Below are positions 40,195 through 52,440 of a stretch of 64,000 bases of DNA, piece after piece (position 1 is the first letter of the stretch; each line of letters begins with the position of its first letter). The DNA comes from Lama glama. Taxonomy: Eukaryota. The notes under the pieces were generated by a model, which did no database searches, was not told the DNA's origin, and saw only the letters and a list, made by a program, of their open reading frames with translations. The position numbers and the translations under genes were made by a program. The DNA lies in NCBI GenBank assembly GCA_028534125.1, contig CM052816.1, positions 18,354,001 through 18,418,000 on the forward strand, written 5' to 3'.

Positions 40195-43100
40195 GTACAG
40201 ACTGCTTAAGGTGCATGTCTTTGCGGTTATTTCTTTCTACTTAGCATGACCTAAAGTCCACTTTGTCCAAATAAGCAGCTGATCATTTCTCACATTTAAA
40301 GAAAACAGCCCTGAAATACCCAGCAAAACTAGAAAACCACATAAGAGGGAAAATGCTAAGATGTGCTTTTTTTAAATCATCTTTTCTTTTTTTCAAGACA
40401 ATGAGAGATAAAATGGGAAATTTTATACACACGAGGCATAATCTGAGCAATAACAGAACAGAGGGGAAATAAAAGCACTTCTCCTTATCCAATTATGCAA
40501 CGCCCTAAACACGTCCTCCAAACTCCTGGCAATAATAATCATGATAACGACAGTATGAAAAGCCAGCATTTACTGAGAACTTTCTTTTCACTAAGCCCTT
40601 GTCATGGAGTATCTCACTTCACTTTTCAGTTACACTATGAAGGCAATTATTTATGAAGCAGGTTCAGCAAAGAAAAATAGCTAGTAGCTGAGAGTCAAAG
40701 GCTTCTCATACTGAGGCACTGCAGACCCCTCTCAGCATCCTCTGGTCTCCTGGCTTCCTTGTCTGGCTTCTGGCCCACATGGGCAGCTAATGAGGTCACT
40801 AGAAGGAAAAATGAGAAAGGAAAGAGAAGGAGAGCGTGAAAGGCGCAAAGCTGGGTTCCTTTCCCCCGAGGAAGGGGGAGTGTCTGGTGCACGTACATAA
40901 CGGAAGGAGTGGAACTTGCAGGTGCCAAGCTGTCCCACCATCCCCATAGCTCAGCCATCTCATCCAAAGCCACAGAAAGCACAAACAGTCCCTCCAGCTT
41001 CAGGCAAAAGTTAGCACCTATAAAACCAACCATGCAGAAATTCTGAAACATATTTCATGGGTTAAGTGGTAATCAAAGGTTCCAAAGCTGCATTTACTTT
41101 GTGATATATTAAAAAGGGAACTAAGCTTAGGTAATGAACATTCAGTAGAAGAGATACTACTACAGGGAGATTGGTTCCACAGGGAATGTGATCAGCTAAT
41201 GCAGTTAATAGAAGTGTCATCAGTGAGTGGATCCTCTTGTCAACTCCACCAAGAGAAAACTCATGCCTGGACGATGGGCCCAAGACTCCAGGGCTGATGA
41301 GGCCATCTAGCCAGGCAGGCACTGAACTGACTGCCTTAGAGTAGAAGGGGTGTCAGAGAGAGACTAGGACTCACACTCCTTCTTCTGTAGAATAGCATTA
41401 AAAATAAAAGTCCTCACACTGAATATTTGTGGTGTTCAACTTTCTATCTACTAAGTATTTTATTTCGATGGCAGTCTACCACAACATGGATTTCTAAATC
41501 ACCATTCCCCAAATGACACACATGTAGGTGAAGGCAATTTTTTCTCTCCATAGTATCATGAGCTGAAAAAGGCACAGTGAATGAAAAAAGTCTAACCAAA
41601 CATAAAGCTGGAGTAAAGCAGGTGATTGGTTTTAGGCACACGTTTTCATACTAGAATTATCTAGTCTGTACTGCAAGTTAGATCACTGCCTTTACCCGGA
41701 GCCTAGATGGATAACGAGGCTTGCCATCCACACCCTCTGAGCCCCTGACTAACTCTAGCACATCAGTCATTCAAGTAACAGCCAAACACTGCCAACCCTC
41801 ACTTTTGTTATAAAACTAAATGTGACAGCTCTCAGGGAACTCAGACTAGCCAATACCAGCAAATTGGTTTGCCTCTGCCTGCATGGAGAAGTGTTCAGAA
41901 AGAGAGGATATGCCAGCTGCTGACTGATTTTTTAGATTTTCAGTAGCTCTGAGAAGAATCTTGGCCAGTATCATGCAGATGTGATGCAAAAAAAAAAAAA
42001 GTATGTGTGTAGGGGAGGGCAGAAGTCCACAGCTCAGGAGAATGATGCCACCATGGGAGATAGGAGTCAGACTTACTGTAGTCTTTTGGAATATTCTAGA
42101 AGAAATGACTGCAGAAAAGTTTGGCTGTGGCTTCCTCTCCTCTGTTCAAATACTCGTCTGACTGACATTTTGTGTTCCTGGAACTTTCAGAAAGACAAAA
42201 AAGCAGAGCACTCAAGATAAACATGAGCTTGTCATTAGGCCACTTGTGGTTTCTTTGCACTTTCTGGGCTCCAAGTCTGAGCTCAATGCAGTGGAGGCTG
42301 TGTCCACAGCTGAGTGACAAGTATTATTCTATGGCATGAGGTAATTTTTGGTAGCAACCCTCATTCTGAGGAAAGATTCCCTCATTAAAGAGCTTGTCAA
42401 ACTTGCTCTGAGGCAGCCAAAGGACAGATAAAACAGTCACGATATTTTTAGTCTTTTCTTTCACCACTTAGAAAGAAATCTTTTCAAGTTTGGCAGAGAT
42501 ATCACATTACTAGGGATCATAGAGAAGTTACATCTTCCACGTGAAGAACTGGCCCTCTCTAAAGGCTCCCGATCCCTGGAATACAACGTCCTCCCAAGAG
42601 GAGTGGCATAGTGGGGAACTCTGTTAATGTGCTAGTATCCCTCCACCCAAGGGGTCCCTGCCTTTGTATCTGTCCAGTAATTCTATGAAAAAGCCAGTGT
42701 CATTCCAGCAATTTCATGTTCTAATAGCCTTATCACTCCTCCCTTAAAGAAATCAGACCTTGATATCCTTTCATAAATGTATTCATAAAATGTCACTGCT
42801 AAACTTCATCAACCAGCTAATGTCCATGAATGTCTAGCAAATGTTGAAATTTCTGTTTCCAACTTAGTGGTGCATTTACTTCCTAATAGTTGCTGTCCTA
42901 ATTTAGGGGCTATTAGGGACACCAAAAGTACTTGATTAGTCTGCCAGAATGACCTCATCTCTTCTTTCCTATTGAATTCCCAAGGATGTCAGTTCTACTT
43001 TTACATGTTTCTGATGACCCCTAAAAAGACAGTTAAATAAGGAGATTATACGTGAAGAGTGTCAACAGAAATTCAGCTTACTAATATGGTGGCTGAACAG

Positions 43101-44499
43101 GGTAACCAAGTCACAGATGTGTACATACGGTGATAACTGAAGGTCTGGAGCATAGGACAGGTTTTCCAGGGTCAATAAAGAGAACAGTGCTTTTGTTGTT
43201 GTTGTTTTAATCACTTCTCATTGTAACCCCCAACGTGGGTGAGGTCAGGCAGCTCACTGAGAGGCCAGTGAGTTCTTATCCACATGGATGTTGTCAGGTT
43301 AAATCGTTTCCTACAGAGCTCTTTCCCCCTCTAAACAAGGGCTCCAATGCCAAAGGGCTTTTATGACTAATTAGGCTGTTTTCCATCCTTTGCTAATCCA
43401 TCCTGATTCATAATTTAAGTTGTTTGTTAAAACCCAAGAGCTGAAAAAACAAGTCATCCTCAAGGGCTGAAATGGTATCGCTACAGCAGGTAGAATGGAG
43501 CAGAAGTTGGCATCATGAAAGTGTTGAGGAACCGAGCAAGTTCTAATTATAAAGGTGCAAGAGAGGAAGCTGACTACCCCCATTATCTGTTAACCTTTGC
43601 TGTTCAACTGCCCTTATAAATTAGTCCCAGGACTCAGGCTGGGAGAGCTGTAAACAACTTTAGACTCCCACCTGATGTCTCTGTAGTGTGCAATTTATCA
43701 GTCCTTACTGCCACATAACTCTTGCTTGCAAAAAATACCAGCCCCCAACCCCCTCAGCCTCATCCCAAGTGAGGGTGGCATGAGTGACTGCAGCTTTTGG
43801 AGGTCCCTGCTTTGCCTTGTCAAAGCTGAAACACTTTGAAACAAAGGTTTTCAAACCATGAGGTCCAGGGCCAATAGAGTAAGAATGGTGCCTCCAAAGG
43901 CCTCTGTGTCCTCCTCATTTGTCTCTGCCAGAGAGCTACGCTAAATTAAAGAAAACCATGATACAATTTTTAAAGCATTGCGATGGAGGGGAAATCTGCA
44001 CCAGCAAATAGAGCATTCTTTGCTCTTTCGTTACAAAGCTTCTGCCCTCAAAACCAAAAGGAGAGCCCATCACCTGTCAGCCTGCTGGGACAGAACTTAA
44101 GATCAGAAGGCTGATCACTTTCATACTTAGGCGAGTCTGAACCCTGCAAAATTCTCTCCCCATATCTCCACTTCCTACCATAGTGCTTTGCCTATTTCTA
44201 TTCCCCCTAGGAAATCAACAACTTTGAAAGAACCAACTCTTATAGCTTATTCTGTCTCCATCATCTCCAGTGTCCAGCATCCATTTGTACATAGATAGCA
44301 CCCCAAAAGGGCTCATAACATAAATACATAAGAACTTTGTATAGATCTCCTTTTGTGAACTCTTGCATGTAAGCTTTTCAAGAGTCAGTTCATTTTTTTA
44401 ATTGAAATATAACTGATTTACAGTTGACTTATTTTAAGTTAACCCTTAGGACAATTGCCTGAGGCTCTCCAGTGCCACAAACTGACTGCTTCCTGTGTG

Positions 44500-44690
44500 T
44501 GAGGTGCTATTGTTTTGCACATATTAAATAATTCATTCTTTATGTCAACCCTATGCAATAAGAACTATTATCCCCATTTTACAGATGAAGAAATTGAGAC
44601 ACAAAGGGATTAAGTAAACTGCCAAAAACTACAAAGCTGTGATTTAAACCTAGGGTCTCTGACTCCAGAGACCTAACCTTAGCCACTGCA
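44500..44690 (-). mobile_element. MIR SINE
   Basis: ctattatccccattttacagatgaagaaattgagacacaaagggattaagtaa...tctgactccagag. Confidence 0.85.
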
Positions 44691-47079
44691 CACGTGCACA
44701 TGCACACACCAGCCATCCTCCGTTACAACAGCAGCATTACAACCTTCAGTGTTGAATGGAAACCTCTTAGCTGCTGACTACTTGACCTTGAAATGAATTT
44801 AATTCACATCTTTAGTGTTAGCAGAGCTTCTCTAGAAGGGAAGAGTCAAAACTCACCATATGATTAACTCTACTCCTTCCTTTTCTTTCCTTGGAAGCCC
44901 TACCTTTAAAATCCCATTACTCAGCCCCTCCTCAGCCCTCAGCACAAAGGGTGGAATCATACTGTAACGTGAGAACACCCTGACCAGAGACACCTAGTGA
45001 ACACTCCACACTAAAGAAAGAAGATTCCGGAGTCCTTGGTTAAACAGTTTGAAAAAGAATTTTGGAGGGAGCATTGAGGAATCTGCCATTAATTAAACCA
45101 GGATCTGTCAAAAATTTGAGAACCACTACAGCCTTGAAGATAACACGTTTCTTTCTGAAATTCTTGATCCAAAGTTTGCCTCCATTCAGCTTCATACAGC
45201 TTGTACTGAGCCCCTGCTGTGGCCACTGGAAGCTGGCGGCAAGTGAGGGTGCCACTTGATGAGGAAGACTCTGGTGTTTCAGACTGGAGAGAGACGCTGG
45301 AAACACTCTCTGTGTGCTCTACTGCAGTCACGGCCTACCTTGCGGGCATGTGGCCACCAGGCCCCAGTTAGGTGCTGACACTTGTGGTTAGGGAGGGCTA
45401 AGAGCCCAGTGGCCTGGAACACAGGCGTGCCAACAAGCAAAAGCAGGTGCTCACCCTGACGGCTCGAGAATGCAGTTCACTTGGAGCTAATTCAGGAGCA
45501 TTACTCAGTTATTCTCATGTTCATATAATTCCCAGAGTAAAAGAATAGTTAGTAGCCAGGAAGTTTGGGGTGAGCCAGAAACAGAGTGCCGTAAGCCTGA
45601 TTTCAGCTCCTAAGAGTCAAGTAATGCAGAGCTGCTTTAGCCCACATTTCAGACTTACCAGTTTTGTTCTTCTGGCAGAACAGGCCAAAGCCTACGTGTC
45701 CCGAAGTTCTACCATCTCTTTTCATACCTAACGCAATTACCTGATTCAGCTTTAATGATTCCCCCGCTGCTGCTATACACTGGTTGACTTTTCTCCTTTC
45801 TTTTAGCTCACCTGGTGGCCTTGCAAAAGGAGGAAGTTTTCCCTAAGCATAGTTTGCTTCAAAAACTGAGACAAATAGGGAGTATCACCAAAAAAAAGAA
45901 AAAGGAAATCACTGAAATGATTTGATCTCATCTGACCCTTATCAAAGTTTTACCAGTTAAAAGATGCATTCAAGCCCAGGAAAAAAAAAAAAAGAAAAAA
46001 CAGGAAAGGAGCATCAATTTCTAACCTCGCTCTTACTCCCTATGGCCTAGATCAAGTGGGACTGAGCCCAGGGCAACCTTCCAAATCACCACAGGGCCTT
46101 GTTAGGGTTTTTTCTTACAGTGTGTAAATACAGTAATTTTTACAGACATATCTTCTTCCAGAAGATAACAACTCGAAGGAGGAAACAAACAACATTCAAC
46201 TTCTCAAAGCAGGTCTTCTGGGGAATCCCAGGGCCAGCATGTGTGTGTGTGCACACAGACTCCTGAAATCCGGTGCCTCACCTAGATGAGAAGGTGGAGA
46301 GGTGTCCCCATATTCTTCTCCAGGCTGTCACCAAAGAATGCTATGTAAAGTCCACTGATAAAGGATTGGGAAAACATGGCCATCAATCCTTCGAGAGCTA
46401 TGTCTACCTCTGTGTTCCCCATCTTTTTGTGACATTCTGGGACCTTGCTGGGACACACAAGATCTGGTATCCTTTGCCCTCTCCTCAACCTTCCCTTTCC
46501 CCACAATATTACAATGTTATAATAATAACTAGCACAATTAAAGTGGATGATTACCATACCAGTTAAGCATATTAGAAGAACATTATCAAGCCATCTGATT
46601 TATAAATGTTATGCTAAACACAGTCATAATTAGGGAAATTTTACCTGAAGAAACCCCGATAAATGATCTTCTACTGAACCAATATTCTGTATGCTGGGCA
46701 ACACTTCACTCTAGGACTCTTGAATGAAGCAGAACATGGACGTCAATTAACTAGTCACTGGCTATAACTGAACACGAGCCCTAGAGTAGGTGCTAGGCTC
46801 CAGAAAAGGTTTCCCTCTTTGCTCTTGTCATATAAGTATACCTGAGTGAGGGGTAAGATCTGGTGCTAAGGTGACAGTGACAGCAGAGACCCTAAGAGAC
46901 CCAAGAGAATTCATTTACAGGGGTCAGCAAAGACTCACTGTGCAGCCCACAATTTAGTTCTCAAAGATCTAAATGGCCTTTAGATGGCATGCCAGGGATA
47001 AAGAAGATGTGACCAACACATGCTGCCTATCAGGGCATCTTTTGGATCACTGGCTCATGTGGAACAACTGAGCAAGTTG

Positions 47080-47440
47080 ATCATGTTCTAGGCCACAATG
47101 AAAATCTCAACAAGTTTGAGAATAGTATCATAGAGGCTATGATCAGAACACACACTACAAAAAAATTAGGATTTTTAAAAGGAGAGGGAGAAAATTCCTG
47201 TATGTCTGAAAACCAAATAACCTCTGAGTTAAAAACGAAATCAAAAGGGAAATTATAAAATATTTATAACTGAGTATCAATGAAAATGCTACATGTCAAA
47301 ATGGGAACACAGCTAAAGCAGTATCTAGTGGGAAATGTATAGCTTTAAATAAATTTACCGAGATATAAGAAACGCTGAAAATAAATCATCTAAGCACAAA
47401 ATTCAAGAAAATAGACAAAAGAGCAACAGATCATATCCAA
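47080..47440 (+). mobile_element. Old L1M ORF2 fragment (EN-RT linker), ~380 bp upstream of the 217-nt exon
   Basis: gaaatcaaaagggaaatt..aaaatattt; acacagctaaagcagtatctagtgggaaatgtatagctttaaat (degraded 'AKAVLRGKFIAL'). Confidence 0.75.
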
Positions 47441-47815
47441 GATGCATTTTTTTAAAATTCTGAACTCTACTGAAACTAATTTTGTTTTCTAGATTGGCAG
47501 AGCACAAAATTCATATCCACTTGGTTGGGGGTAGCTGTGCAGTCAGACTGTAACACAGATGCTTTATCAGTGTGTTTTACACTTTTCTCTTATGACTCCC
47601 ATTAAGTCTTCTAAACAGGAAAAATTAAAGTCAGTAGAAAAGGTCAAGTGGCCTCTCACATAAAAGCACCAGAGAAAACGTCTGGGTTCAGTTAGCAGTT
47701 TCTGTCCAAGATGAAGGATTCTCTCGTTCAACTTTTGGCAAAACCATTTTACAGAGAGCCCTGCACCCACTTGGAGCTGCCAGATTAACATGTCTTGTAC
47801 GTATTTTGTTTCCAG

Positions 47816-48032
47816 CTAGGACGAACCCTGAGGAGCCCTTTCATGAAATTTGTAGCCCATGCAGTTTCTTTTACAATCTTCTTGGGATTATTAGTTGTGA
47901 ACGCATCAGACCGCTTTGAAGGCGTTAAAACCCTGCCCAACGAAACCTTCACAGACTACCCGAAACAGATCTTCAGAGTGAAAACGACACAGTTCTCCTG
48001 GACAGAAATGCTCATCATGAAGTGGGTCTTGG
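47816..48032 (+). CDS. TRPC7: TRPC7 internal exon (likely exon 5), 217 nt, phase 0/1: [72 protein letters not shown](G) (S1, S1-S2 loop, start of S2)
   Basis: Acceptor ttttgtttccag (ends 47815); donor G|gtaagc at 48033; continues the previous exon in frame; contained in ORF 47795-48088. Confidence 0.97.
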
Positions 48033-49547
48033 GTAAGCAAGTCACTCTTTTACTCCCTCCTCCTCTACTTCTAATAAGGCATTATTAAACTCTGACTTCA
48101 GAAGCTCTTTCTCTCCTCTTGAATGTACTCTAGGCAGACAACATCGGGAGGGGATGACCAGCAAGGAAGTCAGAGTCAACTTCTGTATGTGCTGGTGTAT
48201 AAGATGCACAGACCTGCAATATAAATCCCACTTCTGAAGGGAGATGTCTGGGGGAAATTCATTATGTATTCTTCCTTATACATGTATTGAAGTGTCTGTG
48301 TGTGGGGAAACATGATTTTGCTCATTTAAATATAGTCTACTAAAAGCCTTAGGAAATCAAGTTCTGCTTCTTAAAAAACAAGTATAGAACTGTATAGCTT
48401 AAAAGATTTTTCATTATCACTGAATACTGTTATATAGTAGAACAGTGATAAAAATATAAATCTAAAAAGTTAGGAAGATAACATCTTCTCATTATTTTGT
48501 GTTAATGAACATAACAAAGCCATGAAATTCCTGTTTGTGATATTTGTCTCCCACTGGAACTGCCAAGGAAATTGTTCCCAGTTACCTCACTGACTAGCCA
48601 AGAAAGGCTACCTCTCTTCTGCCTAACTCTCAAGAGCTACTACTAGTAGAAATAAGCAACACAAAATAAAACTGGCAATGGCTAAAACTGTACATGGCCA
48701 AATGTGTTACAGATTTTTCTAACACTGAAAACTGCAAAACTGATTGGTGGAAAATCAGACTTGGTAGGAAAAATGAAAAACTGTAAAAGCTATAATCAGT
48801 GGTACTGTATATAAACAAAGTGTGACCAATAAATTACACAATTTACATCAAAAAGATGTGAATTTGATGAGAATGTTTTGAATAAAATGAAACTGAAAAT
48901 TAAAAAGACAAAAAAATTAAATTCTGCAGTATCAAGATCTGATCAATTAATTAAATTGACCTAATGGTATTCACCCCAAATTGCCTTTCTTAACAAAAAT
49001 TCAATATTGTTTTAATTTTCTTCATGTTAACATTCACAAACACTAAGTCAAAATGCATTCAGGGTCAAAGTGTCTGTACCATCAATCAACAAACTCACAG
49101 AAGAACAAACACTTGAAAGGACAGCCCAACACGTGCCCTGTGCTAATTAAATGACATTGCCTAGGAGGGCCGCCAGACGTGAACCACTCCGAACCACTGG
49201 GGAATAACCTATAGACCTCCCAACTGAGACCAGCTGGGAGTCTGGTCTCCAAGCTGGACCTCAATAGGAAGAACATGATGAGCAGTAGAATGATTTGACC
49301 CAAAGGGCAGAGGCAGAGAAGCACACTATGCTGCTCAGGAGCTTTTAATCAACCAATCAGCAAGTCTGTTAACCAAAGGCTCATTTAGTGGAGTCAGTGG
49401 CACCCAAGCTGCAAAGGGAGTTTAAAGCCTGTTGCAGAGTAAGTTCTGTGGCCTCACTTTCACAGTTTGAGTCTATTCCAATTCTCCCTAGTATATCACT
49501 CATCTCTCCAATTTAACTAAATTAAGCACTTTTAACCCTAAACACTT

Positions 49548-49900
49548 TGCAATGGACTGAATGTTTATGTTCTCCAAAATTCACATGTTAAAATCCTAAT
49601 CCCCATTTGATGGTGTGAGAGGTGGGGCCTTTGAGAGATGCTTAGGTCTTGAGGGTGGAGCTCTCACGAATGGGATTAGAGCCCTCATAAAAGATATCCC
49701 AGAAAGCGCTCTCACCCTTTCTCTGCCATGTGAGGATACAACAAGCAGTCGACAACTTGAAAGAGGGCTCTCACAAGAACTCAAACATGCTGGCACCCTG
49801 ATCTTGGACTTTCAGCCTCCAAAATTGTGAGAAATAAATTTCTCTCATTTATAAGCTGCTCAGTCTGTAGTACTTTGTCACAGTAACCCAAAATAAGACA
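49548..49900 (+). mobile_element. Full-length MaLR solo LTR, MLT1A0-like
   Basis: tgc.atggactgaatgttt.tgt...ccaaaattca.atgtt.aaatcctaa...gatcttggactt.cagcctcc..aa.tgtgagaaataaattt...taagaca; TG...CA termini. Confidence 0.9.
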
Positions 49901-50159
49901 TAGTTTAAAAAAAAACTCACATGTTGGGTTTATGGATAAAACAAAGTATTTAGAGCACACATCACTGACCCACCCCATTTCCCCACCTGGACAGCAGGTA
50001 GAAGACTTTGGTGAGTGCAAGCATACATCCCTGTAAGTGGGATTGCGTCCATATGTCAACCACTGTATTCCTACTGAGTCGTGACTTCCTCCGGAGTCCT
50101 CACACTTCTCTTCCTCAGTGTTAGAGCATGAGCCCAGTAATGGATGCATCCCTAGCTAT

Positions 50160-51300
50160 AGAGGTCCTCCTCTGATAAGGTGAAATGTTAACAGAGACCT
50201 GAAGGAAGAGAAAAAGCAAACTCTGCAGATATCTGGGTGAAAAACATTCCAGAAAGAAGGGTCAATATGTGCTACAGGCCTGCACTCAGAAGCAAGCTGG
50301 ATAAGTTCAAGGAACAGCAAAGAAACTGTGTTGTTGCAGCAGAGTGAATGAAGAAGAGAGCCTTGAAATGAGGTCAGAAGGATAGGCAGAGTCAGTCACG
50401 CAAGGCCTTGGAGGCCATGGCATGAGTCTCGATTTTATTCTGAGTATGACAGGAAACCACTGGAGAGTGCTGAGCACAAACGTGACATCCCATGACTTCA
50501 TTTTCTAATGGATTGCTGGCTGCTGTGTAGAGAACAGATGATTCTGAGAGAAGAGCAGAAGCAGGGAGACCAGTTAGGAGGCCACTGCAGTCATTCAGAC
50601 AGGAAATGGTTGGTTGTGAAGAGACAGTAGATAGTGATTATATTTTTAAGGAAAAATCAATAATATTTACGATTGGATTGTCAGTGGGGTATGACAGAAA
50701 GGAAGCTGTCAAGGAAAATCCCAAGTGTTTTCTCAAGTAACGGTGCAGTAGACAGCCACTCTCTAAGACAGGAAAGACCAGGCGAGGAGTAGTGTGGAGG
50801 AGTAGTCATGGAAATCAAGAATTTGGTTTGAGATCATCTATTAGACACCCCAGTGGAAATGTCAACTAGCAACCGGATATACACGCTGAAGTTCAGATAG
50901 GCTGGGGCTGAAAACATAAATTTGGGCAAGTCAGTCTATTTAAAGTAAATTATATGCAATCACCTCAGCTGTGAATGTGGACAGATGAACTGAGACCAAG
51001 CCCTAGGGCACAGCAGTATACAAAGGATGAGAAGATGGAAAGTGTCCTATCCAGCAAAGGAGACTGGGGTAAGAGGGTACAGTCCCAGAAGCCAATCAGA
51101 GTAACTGTCTCAAGAACCAAAGAGTGATCACTTGGGTTGAATGCTGCTGTAATGTGACGTCTGAGACTTGACCACTGACTTTGGAAGCAAAGTTCCTGAG
51201 TAGCAAGATGGGATGGGGATCCAGTACACATGTGGAGGACTTGGCCTCAGCAGGAGTGTGGGCACTCCACCCACTGAAACAGAAGGAAGGGGGAGTTGAG
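50160..51300 (-). mobile_element. L2a LINE, ~1.1 kb
   Basis: agagacctgaaggaagaga; gaagcagggagaccagttaggaggccactgcagt; ctattagacaccccagtggaaatgtca; gaagccaa..agagtaa.tgtctcaag. Confidence 0.8.
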
Positions 51301-51979
51301 GGCACAGAGCAGGTAACCATGCAGGTGCAGCAGTAAGAGCAACATGGAAGTTTTCTGGTAGTGTTCCTCCTATTTTCTCAATTTTTTCTCCATAAATATT
51401 TTCTAGTTATAAAGCATTATATTATGTACCAAACACTGTACTGTGCCAGAAACTGGGGAAGAAACTATAAAATAAGGCTGATATTATCTTATCTCTAAAT
51501 ACTCTCTGGAGCTCTTTATAATTAAACCCTACTACTAATAGCAACAATCTTGCAGGGAAAGCTACTGAGCTCCATGCTGACTATGCTCCTTGTGCTGGCA
51601 CACCCCAAGGTCCACAGTCCGATCCACTCTGCTCAGACACGGAGAGGCTCGAAATGGCAACAGGCCCTCACTGAGGGAGTCTTCAAACCCCACTCTCAGG
51701 CCCTGCCAGGAAGGCCCTGGATCAGCTAGAAACACAGCAGCACAGTTCTTCTCCCTCAAGACTCATGAATGCAGTTCTCTGGACAGACTGGTGATACAGA
51801 TCCCCAAACCATTACTCCCTCTCTACCCGTAGTAGCCCTAGGGCTGAAGAGAACCTTAGGACCCAAGCAAGTTCAAACTGCTCCCCTCAGGGAGGGAGAG
51901 GTGGACCACAGAGAGGTGAAGGGCCTCGGCCAGGTGTCCCTGCCTCTGCCCTTCCCACCCCCGTGCCTCAGCATATGCT

Positions 51980-52440
51980 AAGCAAAGGTGTTAGAGGGAT
52001 CCCTTTAAAATGTAATCAGGTTGTGTCGTGCTTTGCCTCAAAACTCTTCAGTGATAGCCAGTGTCATTATGAAGGACTACAGAGCCCTCCACCTCTCCGC
52101 CCCACCTCCATGCCCTCATCTCCCACCACTTTCCATCTCACTCACTCTCTTTCAGCCCCACTGGCTTCCTTGCTTCAAACAGTTTCTGTCTCAGGAACTT
52201 TGTGCAGGCTGTCCCTTCTGCCTCAGAGTTCTGCCCACAGGGAGCTGCAGGGCTCACTCCCTCACCTCCTCAGGTCTTTGTTCAAAAGTCTCCTTCTCAA
52301 AGAGAAGTCTTTTTGAAACAACCTATTTAAAACTGTAAGTTTACCCAGCCCCAATGCACTCCTATCTCCTCTTCTCTTTTTCTTCCTAACAGTTAACACT
52401 TTTGACAATACTACATGCTTTCCTTCATTTCCTGTCTGTC
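51980..52440 (+). mobile_element. L2 LINE fragment
   Basis: ctttaaaatgtaatcagg; ctcactct.ttcagccccactggcttccttgct; ggctcactccctcacctcctcaggtctttgttcaaa. Confidence 0.65.
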
